Positions 1-10,931 of a stretch of DNA of 64,000 nucleotides are shown here, piece after piece. Every line of letters starts with the position of its first letter. Position 1 is the stretch's first letter. Both the position numbers and the translations under genes were made by a program. Below the pieces are notes generated by a model. The model made no database searches, had not been told where the DNA came from, and saw only the letters and a list, made by a program, of their open reading frames with translations. This stretch comes from the human T2T-CHM13v2.0 reference genome, Homo sapiens: the NCBI RefSeq assembly GCF_009914755.1, contig NC_060928.1, one strand, 5' to 3'.

Positions 1-106
1 AAAATTAAATATAAAAGGAAGGAGGTCACTGTGACAGGAATGCAGTGAATGATGATGAATAGTGTCCACGGAGGTTGATTCTGTATAACTTGGCAGATTA
101 TAATAA

Positions 107-464
107 TTTTTTTTCTTTTTCTTTTTCTTTTACTTTTATTTTTTCTTTTTCTTCTTTTTTCTTTTTTCTTTTTTTTTTAAGAGTCTCCCTCTGTCACCCA
201 GGCCAGAGTGCAGTGGTGCAATCTTGGCTCACTGCAACCTCTGTCCCTGGGTTCAAGCGATTCTCCTGCCTCAGCCTCCCAAGTGGCTGAGATTACAGGT
301 GCATGCCACCATACCTGGCTAATTTTTGTATTTTATTTTTTTTAGTAGAGACAGGGTTTTGCCATGTTGGCTAGGCTGGTCTTGAACTCCTGACCTCAGG
401 TGATCCACCCACCTCGGCCTCCCAAAGTGCTAGGATTAACAGGTGTGCACCACCACACCTGGCC
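107..464 (-). mobile_element. Alu (AluS-like), antisense, long T-rich tail
   Basis: Alu reverse complement ending ...caccacacctggcc. TSD TATAATAA at 99-106 and 465-472. Confidence 0.93.
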
Positions 465-956
465 TATAATAAGAAATTTAGTTCTTATTCTAAGTGAAAT
501 GGAAATCTGTCAAAATATTTTTAGCAAGTAAATGAAATAATTTTATTTATATGTTAAAAAGGTCATTCTGGCAACCGAAATATCCTTTTGATAAATTGTC
601 AAGCTTGAATCCCTTGGTCTCCGGTGGCAGATATGCAAAATCCTGGATTCTGCTGATTCAAAGAAGGGGTTCCCAGATCCATGAATGGTGAGGTAATAAG
701 AAGAGAATAACATATTTGTGGCAAAATGTAATTGTGAGATACACAGGGAGGGGAAAGAAAATCCATAATTTCCCAGAGGATGGTGAGGTTATTTTCAGAA
801 ACTTGTCCAAGCAGAGTGTTCTGCCCCTATGTGTTTTTTTTTTAGTTAATTGGCTGTTTGATCTTTCACATGGTCAAGGCCTAGCTCAACTTTAGTCATT
901 GGGATGTGGAGACAAACTGCCAGGGAACGTTCGTTAGTTCAAGTTTATCTCACCCA

Positions 957-1941
957 GGTTCTTTAATCCTTCCCCTGTTGTTTTCAATGTTTTGTACATA
1001 TCTGCCCTCTTCTGAAGAGCATCTGTGTTCTTAAATATGCCTGTGCTTTTGAAGCTATGGATCCGTTTGGGGTCCATAGCCTCAAAATGATAAAAATACA
1101 GACTGTGCATAATGCTTTGAATAGATATTAAGTTGTAAATACAGAAATGTTTCCTTGTGAAACATTTTAAAGAGTAAGAATGAATAAATATTTTCCCTGT
1201 TGATTCTAATAATGCTTATTTCTCACCAAAGAGTCAATAAGATTCAGGTTTTGTCTTTGTTAAAATATATTTATTAAAACCTAGAAAGAAGTTCCCACAG
1301 GTATTCTGCAAAGACAATCTCTAGTCACTGACATTGTACCTCTAATGTTAAGCCCTGAAATTTAATTTTTAAATAGCATTTTAAAAATCATAAAGTTATT
1401 AAGTTTAATTTGATATCATAAAGTTATTAAGTTTAATTTGAATATTATTTAATTTAATACCATAAAGTTATTAAGTTTAATTTCAATATTATTAAAGTTA
1501 TATTTTGATTATAACGTTTTATGTACAATTTAGAATATGGAAGAATACAAGAAGGAAATATGAATATTTTAAAATTCGACACTCCAGAGAGCTCTTTCTA
1601 TACATAGCAGATAAATAAATAGATAAGCAGAGATTTAGATGTGTCAAAATTCAGCTATGTATAAAATATATCGGAACCATACAGCTTTTATATCTTACTT
1701 TTTCTCCTTCACATTATATCATGGACATTTTCCCATGTCATTAAGTAGTTTTCACTGTGTGTGATCTTCAGGACTATATAATGTGTGATCTTAAGGACTA
1801 TGTAATAATTCATTGTATCAGTACATTGGTTTCTTTAATTCTGCCCCATTTGTTTTCAATGTTTTGCACATATCTGTCCTCAGCTGAAGAGCATGTATTC
1901 ATACATCTGCCTGTGCTTTGGAAGCTATGGATCCATTTGGG
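957..1941 (+). repeat. Diverged ~115-bp direct repeat (957-1071 and 1828-1941)
   Basis: Shared blocks ttgttttcaatgttttg, ctgaagagcat, tgcctgtgcttt and gaagctatggatcc(g/a)tttggg occur in the same order. Confidence 0.85.
1388..1500 (+). repeat. AT-rich minisatellite, ~3 copies of cataaagttattaagtttaattt
   Basis: Unit visible at ~1389, ~1417 and ~1461. Confidence 0.85.
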
Positions 1942-4055
1942 ATTTGGAAGATAATATTTCACATTTGAATGAGAAGAAACACTTTGTCCTGTGTGAGGGA
2001 AAAACAGAAAAGGTGGTGTGAGAAAAAAACATTTGAAATTCATACGCTATTGGAATTTGGAGTAGTTGTGAGTGCATGGATGAGCCTTTATTAAGCCATG
2101 TACTTTCTGCTCTTCTTTAATTATACTGTATACTCTTTTTTCCAGTTCTGAAGTTCAAGTTTGATACTTTTATATAGGCATGACTCATTGTTCCTACGGT
2201 TATGACATATTCCCACATACTCCTTGGCCAGTGAATTTTGTGAGAAAGGGCGTTCTCATTGACCTGAAAGAATTTGTATTCTTTCAGTTCCTGTCAACTG
2301 TAAAAACAAACAAACAAAAGAAAACAGATATCATAGTTTCTAACCATTCTTGTCTTTATTCTTTCTATTTAGAAATGAAAACAAATTAAAACATAACTTT
2401 TTATATTAAACTTCCAAGTTTTGAGGGGACAAAAATGAAATCTAGAATGTGTAAAATCAAATTAGATATTGAATATTATTTTGTTACCAAAGCCCTCCAG
2501 ATGGTATCAGCTGTTCAAGAAGATACATTTTGGAAGCGTTGGGAAGGTAGGGTCAAGAATGGCAGTGTGGTCACCATCCTAGCATTAACTGCTGGGCAAC
2601 AGAATACGCTCTTAACAACACAGTGTTCAGGAGCAAGGACAGAGGCTTCATGAAGCCAGTAATTTTACACATTCTGTCCAAGAATCCTGTAAAACAACTG
2701 CTGTTTCAGGTCCCCCAGCTGCCCACCCACATACTCAGTTCACACTTCCCTTGTTCCTCTTTCTGCTATTCTCCCCTTTCACTTATTTTTCAAATTTGTT
2801 TTGGTGACTAAATAAACTGCAAGTCCACAGAGATAAAATGAAAAAATAAAAGCCTAAAATTTAGGAGACAGAAAAGCCAGACATATTTTAATTTAATCCT
2901 CTGGGAAGGAATTTAGGTCTGGGAATTACTGAACTGAGTTATGAAAAAGTGAACTTGAAAGTAGGGAGTACTACAGACATAGGAGAGATTTTTCAGTATC
3001 AGTATGTGTAAGAATGACTTAGAGAAATACCTTAAGATTCAGAAACCCAGACCCCACTTGCTCTCATTCTGATTTAAATGGTTGGAGAATGCCTAGGAAT
3101 CTGCATGGTAAATCCACAGGCGATTTTTTTTTTTTTAATCTGCCTGTGCTGCCCAGAGGCAGGAACCCTGTCCTCTTAGTCATGGATTTATCATCTGCAC
3201 CCAGCAGAGAGACTGGCAGAGAGCAGGCACGAGGTCAGGGCAGAGGGAGACTCATAGGCACTAGTGCAATTATTATAAGCATAAAGATGTTGAAATGAGG
3301 AGAGTGTCCAATGTGGAGGGGAGAATGAGATCTGGATTCCAAGGGAAGACAGGAGAAGGTGCTGTAAGGAGACGTAAATAAGCCCGTCCTCCAAGGCAAA
3401 AAGCTGGGGCCAGTGAGGCAACAGAGATCACTCTGACTGAGAGTTGGTTACAGGGATCAGAGGAAAGGAAGAGGAAACAGTGGAGGGCTCTGAAATCTGG
3501 TCTGTTCAGTCTAGGCTCTTGTTTTTGACAGAGCATATGTGCACTTTGCAATCAGAGATTGGAAAACCCATTTGACCACCATTGCATTAAAACAAATGAG
3601 CTGCCCCAAACATAACAAGAAAAAAAGATGTTTTGTTTAGGGCAGAAAAATCCATCATCTGCTGCTGCAAATTAAAATACAGGAGGTAGTTAGTAGATAA
3701 AATGTTCATCCTTTAAGGAAGAATAGTAACTTTATCAATAATAACCTACCTTGTGCTGGATACTATCCTGATTATTTCATTTAATCCTCAACTTCCTGAA
3801 GCTTCTATCTAAGATTACTCTGTTTATTCCCTTCAAGGCATTTGAGCTCCTTTAGTAGTTATCTTGTTTGTTTGTTTCTTTACTGCTTATCATCTGCCTT
3901 CCCCATGCCAATTTAAGCTCCTTGAGGGCAGGATCCTTACCTGTCCTGATGCTACACCCCTCTCTGAGCACAACAGCTGGCGTATAGTATGCACCAAACA
4001 TTTATCAAGAGAATATCCTAATACCTACTTGTTTTACAAATGAAGATCCTTGCTC

Positions 4056-4091
4056 GTGCTCCCTTCGGCAGCACATATACTAAAATTGGAA
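4056..4091 (+). pseudogene. 3'-truncated U6 snRNA retrocopy (U6 nt 1-36)
   Basis: GTGCTCcCTTCGGCAGCACATATACTAAAATTGGAA matches the U6 5' end at 35/36. Flanked by the direct repeat GAAGATCCTTGCT (4042-4054, 4089-4101). Confidence 0.92.
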
Positions 4092-4207
4092 GATCCTTGC
4101 TTGTTTTAATTTGTTCTAGCTTAGTATTTAAAATGCTCGGCAGCACATATACTAAAATTGGAAGATCCTTGCTTGTTTTAATTTGTTCTAGCTTAGTATT
4201 TAAAATG
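4065..4207 (+). repeat. 72-bp-period tandem duplication containing part of the U6 fragment
   Basis: 4065-4135 is identical to 4137-4207; also visible as a repeated peptide in ORF 4040-4375. Confidence 0.92.
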
Positions 4208-4210
4208 TTT

Positions 4211-4561
<351 letters not shown>

Positions 4562-4811
4562 TCATGGCTTTGCTGCTGCTGTTCAGTAGTAGAAGGGCTG
4601 CTCTCGGCCCAGAGCCCAGATCTCTTTCTAAACAGCAGAACCTGTCCCTTTTCTGTTTTAAAATCCAAGTCCCTATACATGACTATTTGAATAAGCCCAT
4701 GCTCCCCCCGCCTACCCCCCACCCCGACCCTCAGCATGTGCTCCTTTCCAGTTGGAAGAGCCTAACAAATTCACCCAATTCCCCTTCCTTCTGGAGTTTT
4801 CCATGATCCCT

Positions 4812-5088
4812 GTATTATTTTCCTAGGGTTGCCATAAAAAAGCATTGCAAACTGGGTAGCTAAAAACAAAACAAAACAAAACAAAAACTGTAACTTATTA
4901 TCTCATATTTCTGGAAGCTGAAAATCCAAATCAAGATGTCAGCAGAGCCATGCTCTCTCTGAAGGATTTAGGGAAGTATCTGTTTCATGCCTGTCTCTTA
5001 AATTCCGATATTTGCCAGCAACCCTTGTCGTTCCTTGGCTTGTAGCTACATAACTCCAACCTCTGCCCCCATCTCCACATGGCATTCA
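4812..5088 (-). mobile_element. MLT1 (MaLR) LTR fragment, MLT1C-like
   Basis: Similar to the MLT1 consensus: aaactgggtagctaaaaaca...tctggaagctgaaaatccaaatcaagatgtcagcagagccatgctc. Confidence 0.65.
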
Positions 5089-5890
5089 TCTCCCAGGTAA
5101 TTCTTATATGCATGGTCCTAAAACCATAACTTGGGAAATACTAGCTAGACTATCAGCTGCAGGAGTGTATGGTAAAGGACATTGATCATTAGAATTGATG
5201 TAACTCTGTTTCTTATATATGAAATGGGGAAAGGATAGCAGCAGAATCAACATCACACCATTACTGGGAGCAACATATCAGTTCTGACTGGGCTAGGCAA
5301 ACCATATGCTATTGTGAGATAAACTATTTTCTGGGGTATAGAGTTGATGTGTAAAATACATGATTTCCTTCCTGCTGAATAGGGCCTGAAGTTTCAAGAC
5401 AGCCTGAAAGATACACCCCTCCCTCTTTACACTTTATTCCATGCAAAAACTCAAACTCTAAAGATTTCAGTAGCAAACTGTACAGTTATAGAGCCTCAAT
5501 ATCATAGTGTGAATAAAAGATCTTAGGGCAGGGCTTGATGGAAGAAAGTGGAGAAAGCAAATGGTAGCTTGAGGGCATGTGAACCAGTAAAAGGGAGGAA
5601 TTTACATTCTTAAAGAGTTGGAAAAGCAAAGAACTGACTCCCAGGAATTTGCCTAAGGCAAGCCCTGTGTGTGTAAATGGTAAACTGGCTACCTATTTTC
5701 AGCACACTAAATGATTTTCTGAAGTCAAGGAGAGGGGCTAGCCCCTAAAATCCTGAATAGCTGTTTATTTACAGTAACTCTTAACGTTCCTATTTTTTGA
5801 TGCATTTCTTAAAGGTATGATGGTGTGACAAAATTTGATAACTATTGTCTTTAAGTATTTCTCAAACTTCTCTCATTCACATACTACCCT

Positions 5891-6673
5891 TGTTACCCGG
5901 GGGTTCTTGCTCCCAGAGCTCCCAAGATGGAGGTGGGCCGCTTCCAAAATGGTGGCGGGCCACTTTGAAGATGGTGGCAAGCCTTGTGCTCTCTGACCTG
6001 GGGTTCTTGGCCTCACGGATTCCAAGGAATGGAATCTTGGTCCATGCAGTCAGTGTTATAGCTCTATTAGAAGCCGTGGGTCATAGCTCTATTAGAAGCC
6101 GTGGGTCATGGAAGAGAACCGTGGAACCCAGTGACTAGTGTTCAGCTCCATTAGGAGGAACCCACTTAGCGATGCAGAACAATGGCAAGCCTTTAGCCCG
6201 ATCGGGAGGGGCAATGGACGCCTCGCTGAATCAGGAGCACAGCCGACACCCAGCCAGGGTGGAAGTCAGCGGCAGGCAGCAAAAAGCAGTGGTGGATGGC
6301 GAGTGAAAACTCAGCTCCAGCCCTAACAAACACGGACCAGAAGAGAGTGCAGTTGCAAGATTTAATAGAGTGAAAACAGAGCTCCCATACAAAGGGAGGG
6401 GACCCAAAGAGGGTAGCTGTTGCTGGCTCAAATGCCTGGGTTTATATCCCGATCATAGTCCCTCCCGCTGTGCTCTCAGGCGGTAGATGATTGGCTATTT
6501 CTTTACCTCCTGTTTTTGCCTAATTAGTATTTTAGTGAGCTTTCTTTACTATCTGATTGGTCAGGTGTGAGCTAAGTTGCAAGCCGCTTGTTTAAAGGTG
6601 GATGCAGTCACCTTCCCAGCTATGCTTAGGGATTCTTAGTCAGCCTAGGAAATCCAGCTAGTCCTGTCTCTCA
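5891..6673 (-). mobile_element. LTR17 (HERV-W) solo LTR
   Basis: Reverse complement starts TGAGAGACAGGACTAGCTGGATTTCCTAGG (HERV-W LTR start) and ends ...TAACA. 4-bp TSD CCCT at 5887-5890 and 6674-6677; 783 bp. Confidence 0.92.
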
Positions 6674-8149
6674 CCCTCATGATTTTAGCCATTTCCATAT
6701 AACGCCTGCACTAGGTTTACTGATATTTTTCTTTAAATGTATTCACAGTTTTCTTTATCAGTTTTGGGGTAAAAGGGAATTTATATATTATTGCTCTTTG
6801 AAAACCAGCACTACTTGCATAAACACGAGGTCAATGTAACATAAGCACAATGACAAGAACATGTTATTAAATGTCCCTGGACACAGCTTCTTTCTGAAGA
6901 TGCTGACCCTAAGGCCCTCTGTTGATTTGATGAAAATGGAGATTGGCATGTGCTGGTACCATTTTAACATGCCTCTTTTTCCCAACTGATGCTTCCTCTT
7001 TGATGTAATCAGGAGAATTGAAATTTAGAAATTAGTATTTCTGTTAAGTTATTTGAAGTCAATATCCTGTTTCTGTGGCACCTTAAATTACTTGGAATAA
7101 CCCACACTTTGGGAAATACAGTCAGGTCACTCTTTGCTAACACTGGGAGGCCTCTTTCCTTTAAATGCTTGGCTTCTTCTCTAATTTGAACAAAGAATAA
7201 CTCACAAGAGTTCCATGAAACTGCTTTATAAACACACCAAAGTCTGAAAAATAACAGGCTTTAAGGAAAAATATCTCATATGTGAGAAATACCTCCATGA
7301 ATGGGTATTAACTAAATATTTTATGTGGGACAGGGTGTAAACTAGAAATCTGTCATGTTGCATCATGTTTTACTCTGTGATATATCTAAAAAGCCCATGC
7401 ATCTAGAATTGGGAGTATGAGCTTTGCTTTCCTTTCAATTTATCTTTGCAGAATTTTGGCTCACTTCCACTGAAACCCAATGGGGTTATAAATAAAAGTG
7501 CCCAATTAACCAATAAGTTTTTCATTATTGGGCATATCTATCAGTTGGTGTTTGTCTACTTATTTGCAAGAACGTAGTGTGGAAGTTAAAAGTTCAGGCT
7601 TCCATGACAGAAAAATGTGGGACTAAATCTGCCACTTACTACCCATGTTAATGAACCGAAACTCGTTACCTAACTTCTCAAAACTAATTTCCTCATATAA
7701 AATAGAAATCATAATGTCTAATCTCACAGGGTTGTTGTATTCATTCACTTAAAAATAAGACAAAATGGAACAAAAACACCTGGAATATGTAAGTGAAATT
7801 GCACAGGCCCTGGCATGTTATGGGGCACTTTTTATTGTCATTGTGAGTATGATGATGGGGATAATGATGGTATTGATGATTGTCACTAACATTTTATGGT
7901 ATAAGGAAAAGTAATATGCTTGAATCTATGTGATACAGAGACTAGTATTTCACCAGAAACTCTTCAGTATGTTTAATCCAGGAAGTCTTCATTCATGGTT
8001 TGAAACCTCTAAGATAATTCCTACTGAAAATAAGTAAGATACCTATAAGATTTTATATTATGAAAGTGTGTTTTTTCTGTGTTTTATGACTCAGATTGTA
8101 AATTTTCTTGCATGAAAGCATATCCCTTAAAGTCATGTTTTTGAAATAA

Positions 8150-9440
8150 AAGGAATCATGTTTTACATTTCATAATTCACTCATTTCAAGGGTACAATCC
8201 TAGTGATTTTTAGCAAATTTACCAAGTCATGCAACCATTACCATAAATCAATTTGAGAACATTTTTATCACCCCAATAAGATTTCTTATGCCCATTTACT
8301 GTTATCCTCAGCTCCTCTTCCTTCCCAGGCAACCACTAATCTGATTTCTGTCTCTATAGATTTTTCCTTTTCTGGAAATTCTTATAAATGGAATCATTCA
8401 CTGTTCTTTTGCATCCAGCTTTCACTTAACATAATGTTTTTGAGGTTCATCTGTTATGGGAAAAGGGTCCAGAGGGTTCTTGGATCTCCTGCAAGAAAGG
8501 ATTCAGGGCGAGTCCGTAGAGTAAAGTGACAGCAAGTTTATTAGGAAAGTAATGGAATAAAAAGAATGGCCACTCCATAGACAGAGCAGCCCCGACGGCT
8601 GCTGGTTGCTGATTTTTATGGTTATTTCTTGATGATATGCTAAACAAGCGATGGATTATTCATGCCTCCCCTTTTTAGACCATATAGGGTAACTTCCTGA
8701 CATTGCCATGGCATCTGTAAACTGTCATGGCGCTGGTGGGAGCGTAGCAGTGAGGATGACCAGAGGTCAGTCTCATTGCCATGTTGGTTTTGAGGGGGTT
8801 TGGTTGGCCTCTTTACTACAACCTGTTTCATCAGCAGGGTCTTTATGACCTGGATCTTGTGCTGACCTCTCATATCTTATCCTGTGACTTAGAATGCCTT
8901 AACCATCTGGGAATGCAGTCCAGTAACTTGCAGCCTCGTTTTACCCAGCCCCTATTCTAGATGGAGTTGCTATGGTTCACATGCCTCTGACACATCCATG
9001 TCATAACATATATCAGTAGTTTTTCCCTTTTATTGAAGAGTTGAATTTCATTTTGTGGATATACTACATTTTGTTTATTCATCCGTCAGTTGGTAGACAT
9101 TGACGTTGTTTCTACTTTTTGGCTATTATCAATAAGATTTCCGTGATTCGTGTACAAGCTTTTGTGTAGAGATATGTTTAATTTCCTTTGGGACTATTCC
9201 TAGAAGTGGAATTGCTGGGTCATATCTATGTTTAACATTTGAGGAACTGTTAAACTGCTTTCCAAAAAGGCGGAACCATCTGATATTTCCAACAGCAATG
9301 TATGAGGGTTATGACTTTTTATTCTACCCATTCTAGTGAATATGAAATGGCCTTTTATTTTAGTTTTTGACATGCAATTTCCAAGTGACTAGTGATGTTC
9401 AACCTTTTTTTCATGTGATTATGGCTATTTTTTACTTTTT
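8150..9440 (-). mobile_element. Old L1 (L1M-type) 3' fragment interrupted by MER41
   Basis: L1M 3' motifs (caggcaaccactaatctg, gtggaattgctgggtcatat). gaggttcatc|catgt is rejoined when the LTR is removed. Confidence 0.75.
8452..8992 (-). mobile_element. MER41 (MER41A-type) ERV1 solo LTR
   Basis: Reverse complement TGTCAGAGGCATGTGAACCATAGCAACTCCATCT...CATAACA. TSD CATC at 8448-8451 and 8993-8996. Confidence 0.9.
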
Positions 9441-9456
9441 ATGAGCCATTCTAAAA

Positions 9457-10931
9457 AGTAACCAGAGGCTTAGTTACTGAATCTCTAACTCATAGTGTAA
9501 GACAGAAATTAAAAGGATTTTCTGGTGTATCCAGTTAAGTCAGCAAGTTGTTGCCAAAATCAATCAAGTCCGCACAAAACTTGTTCCTTCTCTGAATACT
9601 TCAACAATCTTATATTCCAACATAGAAGTATTCTTAACATATTGCACTTGATGATACCACCCTTATCATTAATATGTATATATAAATTGAGGGGAACAGA
9701 TAAAAAGTTTTAAAAGAATTCAAGTTACTCTTTAGAAGGCGGTTTTAAAATATTTTATTTTCCTGATTCTTTTGATAATCCGTGTTAAGGAAATGGTTAC
9801 AGAGTCTCTAAGGAATTAATAGTAATGTTCTGGGAATATCAGTTTAGTGTTGAGATAAATGTCTGTGATATCATGGGAACACACATTTACATACCCAAGA
9901 GGACATCACTGTGGATATTCATTGAAAACTCTGTGTTCATAAAGTAAAACACATAGAACTAGAAGATGAACTCAAAGAAGGTGGAGGATTTTGTGAATCT
10001 TAATTATCTTTTTTATCTCTAATGCCTAGAATAATGTCTGATATAATGTAGGCATTCAATAAATATTCGATGAATAAGTCAACACTAGGAGTGTATTTTG
10101 AATGTCATTGTTGAATGAAAAAATACCCATATTTCTGATATCTCAGGAAGTAGAAAACTCAAGTGCTTGTTTCTATAGATTAGAATTTAGGAAACTTGAA
10201 AATTATCATGTTGCAAAATAATTTCTAAACTTTTGTTGGAATTTAATTTTTGTCATCTAAGGCCAAATGCCTGCCTGGGTCAGTGTACAAAGTCATAGTC
10301 CTATCTATGAATGGGTTCAAAATTTCATAAAAACCACAGTTCTAAGTCAGGACCAGTACCTTTATTTGTTTTCTGCTCCTGAAATGCTGTCATGAATATC
10401 GATGCACTATACTTCCAAAGTAAACTAGATTTTGATTTATAACAAAGCAATAATAACAAGAACCAAACCAGAATAAAACAAAAAACTTGCCTCTTCTCAA
10501 TAAATTTGTTTCATCACTCTCTTTCCTCACTCTGACCCCTCTTACAAAGTAGTCCAAACAGAAAACACTAATATAAGAAACATCTGACATGTAGTGACAA
10601 AGGATCCCTTCTAGCAAAGCACACGACTGCATTTTAATGTGAGAGCCATAGGAAAGACACAACTGGATTCTTTTAAAGCTTTTTATGTGTTCCCCTCAAT
10701 TTATACATACATATTAATAAACTAAGGTGGTATCGTCCAGTCCAGTACACTAAGAATACTTCCATGTTGGAATAAAAGATTGTTGAAGTAAAAGGGACAA
10801 GTTTTGTGTGGACTTGAATGATTTTGGCAATAACTTGTTGACTCAACTGGATATACAAGAAAATCTTTTTAATATTCCTCTTACACTATGAGTTAGAGAT
10901 TCAGCTGCGTAAAACTAGGCTTCTAGTTACT
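9457..10931. repeat. ~270-bp inverted repeat (arms 9457-9726 and 10661-10931, ~930-bp spacer)
   Basis: ctgaatctctaactcatagtgtaaga pairs with tcttacactatgagttagagattcag, and tataaattgaggggaaca pairs with tgttcccctcaatttata. Opposite-strand ORFs end YKLRGTDKKF and YKLRGTHKKL. Confidence 0.92.

Noticed and set aside
1388-1500. Repeat-spacer pattern resembling a CRISPR array
   Set aside because: Three AT-rich copies with tiny or irregular spacers in primate intronic DNA and no cas genes; a simple minisatellite.
4056-4163. Functional U6 snRNA gene
   Set aside because: Only 36 of ~107 nt are present; it lacks the ACAGAGA box and T-run terminator, and is flanked by a TSD.
9457-10931. Foldback or long-TIR DNA transposon
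   Set aside because: No TSD at the arm ends, no transposase remnant and no recognisable TIR termini; kept as an inverted duplication.
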